In this document: piece after piece, positions 21,400-30,576 of the stretch
How the letters are laid out: every line of letters starts with the position of its first letter
Position numbering within the stretch: position 1 is the first letter of the stretch
Origin: Methanocaldococcus sp. 28A
Lineage (GTDB): Archaea; AGJL01; Methanococci; Methanococcales; Methanocaldococcaceae
Reading direction: 5' to 3' (one strand)
DNA length: 64,000 nucleotides
NCBI GenBank assembly: GCA_049852185.1
Contig: CP187540.1
Translations under genes and position numbers: made by a program
The notes under the pieces: generated by a model
The model's input: only the letters and a program-made list of their open reading frames with translations
Databases searched by the model: none
What the model was told of the DNA's origin: nothing

Positions 21400-22140
21400 A
21401 TGATTTATGTTGATGCCCACTGCCATATAGAGGATAAAGCATTTAATAAAAATAGAGACGAAGTAATTGAGAGGGCTAAAAAAGATAATGTTATAATAGT
21501 AACTAGTGGAGCAAGCTTAGGAGGATGTTTGAGAGCCTTAGAATATAAAAAGAGATATAATATTTATTTAACTTTAGGTTATCATCCTTCAAGAGTAAAA
21601 GCTGATGATAAAGTTGTAGAGAAGGTTTATAATTTAATTAAAAATAATGAGAATGAGATTTTAGCTGTTGGAGAAATTGGAATGGATATTAAAGATGAAA
21701 ACTATGAAAGGCAAGAAGTAATATTTAAAAAATTTTTATCATTAGCCATTGAGTTGGATAAACCAATTGTAGTTCATGCAAGAGGTTTTGAGAGGAAGAT
21801 ATTTGATATAGCTAAAGATAAAGTTGATATTATGTTTCACTGCTACAGTGGAGATTTAGAGTTAGCTAAGGAAATAATTAAGGAGGAGCATTTAATATCA
21901 ATCTCAACATTGGTTTGCTTTTCAGAACATCACAAAAAACTTGTTGAGAGCTTAGATTTGGATTATCTAACAACAGAAACTGACAGCCCTTATTTATCTC
22001 CAATTAAAGGAGCTAAAAATGAACCAAAAAATGTTAAATTGGTTGTTGAAGAGATAGCTAAAATTAAAGAGATGGATGTTGAAGAAGTGAAAAATACTAT
22101 ATATAAAAATACTTGCAAATTTTTTAAGAGGAGATTATAA
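21400..22140 (+). CDS. TatD family hydrolase
   Basis: DAHCH, GYHP, GEIG, ETDSPY. Confidence 0.9.
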   Translation: MIYVDAHCHIEDKAFNKNRDEVIERAKKDNVIIVTSGASLGGCLRALEYKKRYNIYLTLGYHPSRVKADDKVVEKVYNLIKNNENEILAVGEIGMDIKDENYERQEVIFKKFLSLAIELDKPIVVHARGFERKIFDIAKDKVDIMFHCYSGDLELAKEIIKEEHLISISTLVCFSEHHKKLVESLDLDYLTTETDSPYLSPIKGAKNEPKNVKLVVEEIAKIKEMDVEEVKNTIYKNTCKFFKRRL

Positions 22141-22517
22141 TGTTTTACTTAAAACCTATTGGAATTGTAGGGCAGAATGAGAATTATACTATTTTAGAGA
22201 TATTTGATGAATATATAGATGGATTAGAGGGTTTAAAAGAAGGAAATTATATTATTATTCTTCTTTGGTTTCACAAAAGTGATGATGAGGAAAAAAGAAA
22301 AATTTTAAAGGTTCGTCCAAAAGGGAATATAAAAAATCCATTAAAGGGTGTGTTTGCTACTCGCTCTCCATATAGACCAAATCCAATTGGAAAATACACA
22401 GTAAAAATCCGCAAAATTAATAAAAATAAAATTTTTATTGATAAAATTGATGCTTATGATAAGACACCAATTATTGATATAAAAATATTTTCAGAAGAGT
22501 TGGATTGTCCAAAATAA
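22140..22517 (+). CDS. trmO: tRNA (t6A37) N6-methyltransferase TrmO/TsaA family
   Basis: GVFATRSPYRPNPIG, TPIIDIK. Confidence 0.85.
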   Translation: MFYLKPIGIVGQNENYTILEIFDEYIDGLEGLKEGNYIIILLWFHKSDDEEKRKILKVRPKGNIKNPLKGVFATRSPYRPNPIGKYTVKIRKINKNKIFIDKIDAYDKTPIIDIKIFSEELDCPK

Positions 22518-23438
22518 TTATTTTTTATCTCCATAATATATCTTTACAGCCTCTTCCAAACTCTTTCCTTCAATAGTTATTGCATATATTGCGTTGCACA
22601 TCCTTATAGCATCATCTAATGGTTTTTGATGGATATTTCTTCCTGTTGCATTACCTCTTGCTCCACTAATATTTATCTGCTCCCAAATCTGCTTTAAGAA
22701 TTTTTCTGGTTCAATACTTTTTCCTCCAGCACATAAAACTCCAGTTCTCCCTGCAGCTAAAACTGCCTCTTTAAATCTCTCTGCTGGATTGTCACACTTT
22801 GGATAATTAACTTTAACAAAATCAGCACCTAAGCATGCTGCAACTCCTGCAGCTCCAGCAATTAAATGAGGGTCTTTTTCATCTTTAACATTTTTACCTC
22901 TTGGATAACTCCAAATTATTGCAATTAATCCATGCTTATGAGCATCTAATATAACTTTAGATGCCTCTTCAAACATAATATGTTCATATTCACTTCCAGG
23001 ATATATAGTGTAACCAACTCCTAATATATTTAGCCCAGTGTTTTCTTTAAACTCAACAACATCTCTAACCGTTACTAACGCTCTGCTTATAGGGTCTCTA
23101 CTTTTTACTAAATGTGTCTTTGAATTAATCTTTACAATATAAGGAATCTTTTTATAATCCATTCCATATCTCGCTATTAAACCAAGTTGGGTGGCAAAAG
23201 CACAAATCTTTCCTTTGCTTGCTATATTAAATAAATGCTCGGGAGATGCATCTTCTTTAGCAATATTTTCTCCAAAGAAGTCATCATTTAAATGCTCCAT
23301 CTTTTGGTCTCCAGCAAATAACATAACATTTCCTGTCTTTTTTGTAAGTTCTAAATAGTTGCTAATATACTCTTTTTTAACGGTTTCTGGAACAGTTAAT
23401 GGAATTTTCACATCTCTCTTTCTAAGTTTTTTTACCAT
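22518..23438 (-). CDS. DhnA-type class I aldolase (MJ1585-like FBP aldolase / DKFP synthase)
   Basis: WSYPRG, LGADFVKVNYP, GRNIHQ. Confidence 0.85.
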   Translation of the reverse strand: MVKKLRKRDVKIPLTVPETVKKEYISNYLELTKKTGNVMLFAGDQKMEHLNDDFFGENIAKEDASPEHLFNIASKGKICAFATQLGLIARYGMDYKKIPYIVKINSKTHLVKSRDPISRALVTVRDVVEFKENTGLNILGVGYTIYPGSEYEHIMFEEASKVILDAHKHGLIAIIWSYPRGKNVKDEKDPHLIAGAAGVAACLGADFVKVNYPKCDNPAERFKEAVLAAGRTGVLCAGGKSIEPEKFLKQIWEQINISGARGNATGRNIHQKPLDDAIRMCNAIYAITIEGKSLEEAVKIYYGDKK

Positions 23439-23527
23439 AAAAACCCCCACAATTAATATATTTATTATTACCAAACATATTATATTATTAACATCATCAT
23501 ATTAATAAATTCCTGTTGAGGGAAAGT

Positions 23528-24964
23528 ATGGAACTATTTGAGACATTAAAGAAAAAAATTCCTAAAAAAGAAGTTATAACTCCTGAAGAAATGGCAATTA
23601 TTGATGATAATGCAGAATATTTAGGAATTCCAAAAATATTGCTAATGGAAAATGCTGGAAAGGCTGTTTATGAAGAAATTAAAGATATTGACGCTGAGGA
23701 GTATGTTATATTCTGTGGAACTGGAAATAACGGGGGAGATGGGTTTGTTGTGGCAAGGCATTTGGGAAGAGGGGAAGTTATATTAATAGGAAAAGAATCT
23801 GAGATAAAAACTTATGAGGCAAGAGAAAACTTTAAAATACTAAAAAATTTGGCAGAGTTTGGAAATATAAAGATTAGAGAAATTAGAAGGGCTGAGGAAG
23901 TTGAAGATATATTTGAAAGATTAAAAAGCAAAAAAGCTGTTATTGTAGATGCAATGATTGGAACTGGAGTTAAAGGAGAGCTGAGAGAGCCATTTAAAAC
24001 AATTGTTGATAAAATTAACGAATTAAAGAAAATAAACAAAGATATTTTTGTTGTTAGTGTGGATGTTGAAACTGGAAACTTAAAGAGCGATTTAACCATA
24101 ACTTTCCACAAAAGAAAGACGATAAATAAAGATAATGCCATTGTAAAAGAGATTGGTATCCCAAAAGAGGCTGAGTATATAGTTGGCTGGGGAGATTTAA
24201 AAGCTTTAAAAAGAAGAAATAAAGATAGTCATAAAGGGCAAAATGGAAAAGTTTTGATTATTGGAGGTAGCAGAGATTTCTTTGGAGCTCCAATATTGGC
24301 CGGCTTAACAGCATTAAAAATTGCTGATTTGGTTGGAATTTTATCAGTTGATAAAGTTATAGACAAGCTAAATCATCCAGAGTTTATTTTATATAGAGTT
24401 GAAGGAGATTATTTAAGCTCTCAACATGTTGATTATGCTTTAAATATAGCTAACAAGTATGATGTTGTTGTTTTAGGTAATGGTTTATCAGCTAATAACA
24501 GAACTAAAGCATTTGTAAATGAATTCCTATCAAAATATGATAAAAAGGTTGTAATTGATGCTGACGCAATTAAAGTTATTGATTACAGCAACTTTGTATT
24601 TAAGGAGAATTATATCTTTACTCCACACAAAAAAGAGTTTGAATACATGAATATTGACTTAGATAATATTGAAGAGATAAAATCAACAATTGTATTAAAG
24701 GGAAGGTATGATGTAATATTTAACGCCGATAATTTAAAAATAAATAAAACTGGAAATGCTGGTTTAACAAAGGGGGGAACTGGAGATGTCTTAGCTGGTT
24801 TAATTGGGGCGTTGTTTGCTGTTAATGAACCATTTATTTCAGCATGCTGTGGGGCTTTTATTAATGGCTATGCTGGAGATTTGTTATTGAAAGAGAAAGG
24901 TTATTACTATACTCCACTTGATTTAATTGAGAAAATCCCTAATGTCTTAAAAATCTTTAAATAG
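23528..24964 (+). CDS. nnr: Bifunctional NAD(P)HX epimerase/dehydratase
   Basis: LMENAG, GNNGGDG, HKGQNG, DADA, GGTGDVLAG. Confidence 0.93.
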   Translation: MELFETLKKKIPKKEVITPEEMAIIDDNAEYLGIPKILLMENAGKAVYEEIKDIDAEEYVIFCGTGNNGGDGFVVARHLGRGEVILIGKESEIKTYEARENFKILKNLAEFGNIKIREIRRAEEVEDIFERLKSKKAVIVDAMIGTGVKGELREPFKTIVDKINELKKINKDIFVVSVDVETGNLKSDLTITFHKRKTINKDNAIVKEIGIPKEAEYIVGWGDLKALKRRNKDSHKGQNGKVLIIGGSRDFFGAPILAGLTALKIADLVGILSVDKVIDKLNHPEFILYRVEGDYLSSQHVDYALNIANKYDVVVLGNGLSANNRTKAFVNEFLSKYDKKVVIDADAIKVIDYSNFVFKENYIFTPHKKEFEYMNIDLDNIEEIKSTIVLKGRYDVIFNADNLKINKTGNAGLTKGGTGDVLAGLIGALFAVNEPFISACCGAFINGYAGDLLLKEKGYYYTPLDLIEKIPNVLKIFK

Positions 24965-24972
24965 GAGAGATT

Positions 24973-25842
24973 ATGAAAGCAGATTTGCATATACACACAA
25001 AATATTCAGGAATTGGTAGATTTTGGAAACTTAAATTTCCTGACTCTGTTGAAGAGCCGAGAAATATATTAAAAGTTGCTAAGAAAAAAGGTATTGATAT
25101 TATAGCAATAACAGACCACAATACAATTAGGGGAGGGGTAGAAACAAAAAAATTAGAGAAAGAGTTTGGAGTAGAGGTTATTATAGGAAGCGAAATTATG
25201 ACTACTGAAGGAGAAATTATAGGGTTATTTTTAAATGAGGATATACCAAAATATTTAACTCCTGAAGAGACAATAGAAAGAATTAAAGAACAAGGAGGTT
25301 TAGCTATAGCTCCACATCCATATAGCCCAATATGTAAAGCCCTTGGAGATAGAATATTTGATTTAGAGTTGGATGGAGTTGAGGTTTTTAACGCCTATCA
25401 TAGGGATGGAATTGTAAATAATATAGCTTTAAATAAGGTTATAAAAAATTATTACAAAAAGCCATTTGCATTTATTGGTAGTAGTGATGCCCATATAGCA
25501 AGAATGGTTGGTAATGCTCACACTCTATTTGAAGGTAATTCAGCAGATGATTTATATAAAGCAATAATTAAAAAAAGAACAACTTTTGGAGGAAAACCTA
25601 CTCCTTTATATCAAGCCATATTATGGAGTTATGATATTGTTTATGAGTCAGAGAAAATGTTAATAAAATCTTTAATATTTAAGATAGATGATGACACTAT
25701 AGATTCAATAAAATTTCATAAAAAGATTTTAGGAGTTTTTGGAGGATTTATCTATATGTTTACACCTCTTCCAATAGTTTCTGGATTTTTAGGGAATTAT
25801 TATCTTAAAAAGAAAGCAAAAGAAAAGATGAAAGAAATATAA
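24973..25842 (+). CDS. PHP-domain metal-dependent phosphoesterase
   Basis: DLHIHT, TDHN, PHP, SSDAH. Confidence 0.88.
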   Translation: MKADLHIHTKYSGIGRFWKLKFPDSVEEPRNILKVAKKKGIDIIAITDHNTIRGGVETKKLEKEFGVEVIIGSEIMTTEGEIIGLFLNEDIPKYLTPEETIERIKEQGGLAIAPHPYSPICKALGDRIFDLELDGVEVFNAYHRDGIVNNIALNKVIKNYYKKPFAFIGSSDAHIARMVGNAHTLFEGNSADDLYKAIIKKRTTFGGKPTPLYQAILWSYDIVYESEKMLIKSLIFKIDDDTIDSIKFHKKILGVFGGFIYMFTPLPIVSGFLGNYYLKKKAKEKMKEI

Positions 25843-25852
25843 AATGTAATAT

Positions 25853-25947
25853 TATAATTTTGTGCAAAATAGACCAAACATTATAAGGAAAATTGAATGT
25901 TTCCTAAAGGAAGACATTTATTACTACCTCTTATATAAAAAACTATA
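25853..25947. repeat. Family B repeat, degenerate right end
   Basis: TATAATTTTGTGCAAAATAG...GAATGTTTCCTAAAGGAAGACATT...AACTATA. Confidence 0.65.
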
Positions 25948-25957
25948 GCTTGAGAAC

Positions 25958-26051
25958 ATGATGATGGGTCATTATAAATATGGATAAATATAGCTCTTAT
26001 TAATCCATTTATCTATAAATTCCTATATGAAAATTAAACTGTTTCAAACGG
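25958..26051 (-). mobile_element. Miniature ends-only copy of the IS607-like element at 29096
   Basis: 26029-26051 GAAAATTAAACTGTTTCAAACGG matches the reverse complement of 29096-29118 at 21/23; ATGGATAAATATAG at 25980 matches the other end motif. Confidence 0.55.
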
Positions 26052-26096
26052 TAATATTAACTCAAAGATTTAACTATATCCATGTTTTGTGGGAGT

Positions 26097-26567
26097 ATGA
26101 AAGGAAAAAAGATAGCTATTGTATCTCACTGTATATTAAATCAAAATAGTGTTGTTAATGGTTTAGAGAGAGCCGAAGGGGCTTTTAATGAGGTTGTTGA
26201 AATTCTTTTAAAGAATAATTATGCTATAATTCAATTACCTTGTCCAGAGATAATTTATTTAGGATATGAAAGGGAAGGAAAAACAAAAGAGGAATATGAT
26301 ACAGAAGAATATAGAACACTATGTAGAGAACTTTTAAAGCCAATAATTAAATATTTGCAAGAATATATGAAAGATAACTTTAAATTTATTTTAATTGGGA
26401 TAGAAAACTCTCCAACATGTGATATTTCTAAAAATAGAGGAATTTTAATGGAAGAACTTTTAAAAGAGATTGAAAATTTAAATATTAACATTAAGGTAAT
26501 AGAATATCCAAAAAATAAAGAAGATTATAAAAAATTTATAAAAACTTTAAAGGAGATGATAGAATGA
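26097..26567 (+). CDS. TudS/DUF523-related putative Fe-S desulfidase (MJ0003-like)
   Basis: SHCILNQNS, QLPCPE, SPTC. Confidence 0.7.
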   Translation: MKGKKIAIVSHCILNQNSVVNGLERAEGAFNEVVEILLKNNYAIIQLPCPEIIYLGYEREGKTKEEYDTEEYRTLCRELLKPIIKYLQEYMKDNFKFILIGIENSPTCDISKNRGILMEELLKEIENLNINIKVIEYPKNKEDYKKFIKTLKEMIE

Positions 26568-27295
26568 TTTTGGGAATAGATGTTGGCTCTACAACTACAA
26601 AAATGGTCCTAATGGAAGATGAGAAAATAGTTTGGTATAAAATAGAGGATATTGGAGTAGTTATTGAAGAGGATATTTTATTAAAAATGGTTAAAGAGAT
26701 TGAGCAAAAATATTCAATAGATAAAATTATAGCAACTGGATATGGAAGACATAAAATTAGTTTTGCAGATAAAGTAGTTCCAGAAGTTATTGCTTTAGGA
26801 AAAGGAGCTAATTATTTCTTTAATGATGTGGATGGAGTTGTAGATATTGGAGGACAGGATACAAAGGTTTTAAAGATTAATAAAGATGGGAAAGTCATTG
26901 ATTTTATCCTATCAGATAAATGTGCAGCTGGAACTGGAAAATTCTTAGAAAAAGCTTTAGATATTTTAAAAATTAATAAAAATGAAGTAGATAAATATAA
27001 ATCAGAAAATGTTGCCAAAATATCATCAATGTGTGCAGTTTTTGCTGAAAGTGAAATAATAAGCTTACTGTCTAAAAAAATTCCAAAAGAAGAGATTTTA
27101 ATGGGAGTTTATGACAGTATAATAAATAGAGTTATTCCAATGATAAACAAGCTTAAAATACAAAATATAGTATTTAGTGGTGGAGTTGCTAAAAATAAAG
27201 TTTTTGTTGATATGTTTGAAAGAAAGTTAAATAAAAAGCTTTTAATTCCAGAAGAACCGCAGATTGTTTGCTGTGTTGGAGCCATATTAGTATAA
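26564..27295 (+). CDS. Acyl-CoA dehydratase activase (HgdC/ASKHA ATPase)
   Basis: GIDVGSTTTK, TGYGR, DIGGQDTK, DKCAAGTG, SMCAVFAESE. Confidence 0.92.
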   Translation: MILGIDVGSTTTKMVLMEDEKIVWYKIEDIGVVIEEDILLKMVKEIEQKYSIDKIIATGYGRHKISFADKVVPEVIALGKGANYFFNDVDGVVDIGGQDTKVLKINKDGKVIDFILSDKCAAGTGKFLEKALDILKINKNEVDKYKSENVAKISSMCAVFAESEIISLLSKKIPKEEILMGVYDSIINRVIPMINKLKIQNIVFSGGVAKNKVFVDMFERKLNKKLLIPEEPQIVCCVGAILV

Positions 27296-27311
27296 ATTTT
27301 ATTATTACTTA

Positions 27312-28451
27312 TTACTTTTCACTTATAAACAATGGTGGCAAGCTATCATCAACACCAGGAACATAACCAAAGGTATCTCTAATCTTCAACTGCATTCTGT
27401 GGAATATATATGCAAGTGGAATATCCATTGGGCAGACATCTTCGCATTGCCCACAATTTATACAGCTTTGAGATATATGGCTCAATCTAATCCCCTGGAA
27501 CATTAAAGGATTTGGCGGGATTTTTCCTTTTTCATTAATATAATCTTTCTCTAATCTACATTCAACACAGAAGCAGAGTGGGCAGTTATCTCTACAACCA
27601 TAACACTTTATACACCTATTCCAATATTTCTGCCACTCTTTAAGGTTTGGATATTCATCTTCCAAATGTATTTTTTGGAATTTTTTAGCCAACTTTATCA
27701 TGACATTCTCTATTTTCTCCCTAATTTGAATTGCCTTTTCTGAAGGTTCTTTAATTTTGATATAGCCTTCTTTTTCAGCGTCCTCAACTAATTTTTTTCC
27801 TTTTTCTGAACAGATTTCAACAAACGTCCAGCCCTTTTCAGCTCCCCAATTTCCACAAGCTAAATCAGCCATTCTTGGAACCATAACTTCACATCTTTGG
27901 CAGTTTTTCCTTCTACCAAAACCTTTTTCTTCTAACTCATCTATTTTAACAGCTTTATGTTCTCCATTTTTTAATTCAATAATAAACTTCCCTTTATCTA
28001 TTTCTTCCTTAACAACATCTAATGGATTAACTTCATAAAACAACTCAATCATTTTCATAGCAGTTATTGGATTTATTGTCCCTCCACAATTCAAACCAAG
28101 CATATAGATGTTATCTAAGTTTACCTGGTTTAACTTTGCCAACTCTTTAATAGCCATAGCATCACATGGTTTAGTAGAGACGGCAATTTTTTTATCATTC
28201 AAATATTTACTAATTATCTTTCCAAAATTTGTTGGTGCACAGTGCAAAGAGCCTGCGGTTTCTACCAATTCATCAGAATTTGTTATAAATGCTGGAATTC
28301 CATCGTATATATCTTCTCCTCTCTTTAAAGCTAAAACTCCATCAACAAGCTTGTTATCTAATAAGTATTTGAATAATGCAGTTACTGCCCCACCACATTC
28401 TGCTTTCTTTAAAATTTCATTATCCGTAGCTTGGATTAATGCATATTTCAT
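27312..28451 (-). CDS. fdhB: F420-dependent formate dehydrogenase beta subunit family protein
   Basis: [49 protein letters not shown]. Confidence 0.9.
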   Translation of the reverse strand: MKYALIQATDNEILKKAECGGAVTALFKYLLDNKLVDGVLALKRGEDIYDGIPAFITNSDELVETAGSLHCAPTNFGKIISKYLNDKKIAVSTKPCDAMAIKELAKLNQVNLDNIYMLGLNCGGTINPITAMKMIELFYEVNPLDVVKEEIDKGKFIIELKNGEHKAVKIDELEEKGFGRRKNCQRCEVMVPRMADLACGNWGAEKGWTFVEICSEKGKKLVEDAEKEGYIKIKEPSEKAIQIREKIENVMIKLAKKFQKIHLEDEYPNLKEWQKYWNRCIKCYGCRDNCPLCFCVECRLEKDYINEKGKIPPNPLMFQGIRLSHISQSCINCGQCEDVCPMDIPLAYIFHRMQLKIRDTFGYVPGVDDSLPPLFISEK

Positions 28452-29094
28452 AATACCACCTTAGTTATTTCTTTTTGAATGTCTTCTAATGAATTGAACC
28501 CTAAATCAATTCCAAGCTTTTCAGCTAAGCTTTTTATTATAAGATAATCATCCATAGCTTCTCCAGGAGGGTTTACAGCTTTGTTTATTTTTTGAATTCT
28601 TTTATCAGTGTTTGTAAAGGTTCCCTCTTTCTCAGCCCAACAAGTTGAGGGTAGAACTACATCAGCTAATTCAGCTGTTTCACTCATTATAATATCTTGG
28701 ACAACTAAAAATTCAGTATTTTTTAGTGCATCTTTATCAATTAAAGCAGGATTCTCTCCCATTATGTATAAGCACTTTGAATTTTTTAATAATTCAAGAT
28801 ATTTATCTTTATTTAGAGCAGGAATGCCAATAAGTGTGGCACCAACAGTGTTGCAGTGCTTAGCAACTGGCAAAACTTTAGCAATTTTAGGCATTTTATC
28901 AACATCTATTGGTGCATTGATTATAATAATAGTGTTTTCATCAACATTACCTAAATCAATATCCTCATAGCTATCAACCTTTACGAACTTGTCGGCATTT
29001 AATTTTAGGATATCTTTCTCCTCTATATTGAAAATTGTTACCTTAGCCCCTTTATCTTTTGCTTTAATAACTTTTCTTCCAATCAATGCATGTT
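28448..29094 (-). pseudogene. 5'-truncated molybdopterin oxidoreductase (FdhA-like, MJ0006-like)
   Basis: Has [28 protein letters not shown] but no N-terminal CxxCxxxC Fe-S domain; first ~14 residues of the 229-aa ORF come from the adjacent element. Confidence 0.75.
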
Positions 29095-29153
29095 GCCGTT
29101 TGGAACTGTTTAATTTTCCATAGACAAATATAGACATTTATAGATTTTCATTA

Positions 29154-29169
29154 CCGAAAGATTTATATG
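29154..29169 (+). promoter_or_regulatory. Archaeal BRE-TATA promoter
   Basis: CCGAAAG-ATTTATATG; predicted start at G ~29190, where a 13-bp stem begins. Confidence 0.65.
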
Positions 29170-29189
29170 TGGGTATATATAAGAAATAA

Positions 29190-29456
29190 GGATTATAACT
29201 GCCCCAGATGCGGGAGTAAAATGGAGTCCCAAGAGTGGCAGTTATTATCGAATATTAATTGATGGGAGGAGCTGGGGTTCTCTCGGAGCGAAGCGACGAG
29301 AACTTAAAAACCTTACGGTTTTTATGTCCATGACAGGGGTGGAGACCAATGATATGCTCCCGATGAACCCAGAGAGAGATGAGGCTGATGACGCCCAAGT
29401 CCAATATGGACGTTTGTCTATATTTGTCCATATTGGACAGACCCCTTCTTAATGGT
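29190..29456 (+). ncRNA. Putative structured GC-rich ncRNA (omegaRNA/HgcC-like)
   Basis: GC-rich island in an AT-rich genome; stems 29191-203/29237-249, 29277-82/29298-303, 29305-324, 29399-411/29426-438; several GATGA/CTGA motifs. Confidence 0.55.
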
Positions 29457-29497
29457 AAGAGAGAACAAAAACAAATATAGATTTAGATATAAATTAA

Positions 29498-30535
29498 TTA
29501 TTTGTTACTAATTTCCATAATTTTCTTTTTCATTGGAGGGGTTATAATTGGCTTTTCAGGGATTAAACCAGATGGCTTATAGTAAAGAATGAGAAGCATT
29601 AAAACTCCAAATAGCATATAGGATAGCCAAACCGGCTCAAATGGAATATTTAAGGTATATTTTAAATCATATTTATAAACATCTAATAATACTTTAACTA
29701 TAACATAACATAAAACCCCTAAAGCGACTCCTTTATTATTTCCTTTCCCTCCCAATAGAACCATTAAGAATGGGAAAAACGTCCATTCAACCCTTGTAAA
29801 TGCATTAGCAACTATATTTACTGTATATAAGGAATACAAAGCTCCTGCAATAGCACCAATTGCAGAACCAATTGCCATTGTTTTTATCCTCAACTTCATT
29901 ATGTCTCTACCAAATGCCTTAACAGTGTTTTCATTTTCTCTCATTGCTTTCAATATTCTCCCAAATGGAGTATTTAACAATCTTTCAAAGAATAAATAAA
30001 CTAAAAAGGCAATAAATAACACTATTCCTGTAAATACCCAACCTCTGTACTCCCCAGAGACAAACGCTAAGATATCTGGTGTTGATATTCCATAATAGCC
30101 ACCAATTATATTTAGATTATAAGTACAAACTAAAAGCACAGCTTCGCTTATAGCCAATAATGTAACCCCTAAATAATCCTCTTTTAACTTAGCACTTGGT
30201 AAAATAAAGATAGCTCCAACAATAAATCCTAAAATTGAGGCTAATACTATAGCTAATATTAAAATTCCTATCCCAACTAATGGATTTGAAGCAATTAAAT
30301 TATTTATCATAGATGTTGCATAAGTAGAGCCCTCAATCAACCCTCCTCCAACACCAAAATAAAGCATTAACAACCTATCTAAAATTCCTCCAACTGCAAT
30401 TGCCCCAACTAAAACAGACAAAGCTTTACCAAAGTTTGGGATTCCAGCATAACCAAATTCCATATTTAAGGATAATGATACTATATAATAGATACCAAAC
30501 CACAATAAGATTAAAGATATAAGCTCAACAATCAT
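29498..30535 (-). CDS. livM: Branched-chain amino acid ABC transporter permease
   Basis: SLNMEFGYAGIPNFG, PFGRILKAMRENE. Confidence 0.9.
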   Translation of the reverse strand: MIVELISLILLWFGIYYIVSLSLNMEFGYAGIPNFGKALSVLVGAIAVGGILDRLLMLYFGVGGGLIEGSTYATSMINNLIASNPLVGIGILILAIVLASILGFIVGAIFILPSAKLKEDYLGVTLLAISEAVLLVCTYNLNIIGGYYGISTPDILAFVSGEYRGWVFTGIVLFIAFLVYLFFERLLNTPFGRILKAMRENENTVKAFGRDIMKLRIKTMAIGSAIGAIAGALYSLYTVNIVANAFTRVEWTFFPFLMVLLGGKGNNKGVALGVLCYVIVKVLLDVYKYDLKYTLNIPFEPVWLSYMLFGVLMLLILYYKPSGLIPEKPIITPPMKKKIMEISNK

Positions 30536-30576
30536 TCTTTCACCTCATAAAAATATTAAAAATCAATTTACAAAAT

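Larger units (their letters stand above)
29096..29456 (+). mobile_element. Non-autonomous IS607/TnpB-derived element
   Basis: CCGTT... left end and ...TAATGG right end; 14-bp GACAAATATAGACA motif at 29123 inverted at 29415; vestigial CPRCGSKM zinc-knuckle codons; no transposase. Confidence 0.55.

Noticed and set aside
29167-29262. 31-aa ORF MWVYIRNKDYNCPRCGSKM...
   Set aside because: ATG overlaps the TATA box upstream of the predicted TSS, no RBS and only half a zinc ribbon; treated as a vestige
29277-29468. 10-nt identities with the vhuD SECIS arms (GTTCTCTCGG at 29277, GAGAGAACAA at 29459)
   Set aside because: Short matches found post hoc, with no GAA/A SECIS geometry; probably coincidence, though the two segments could pair with each other
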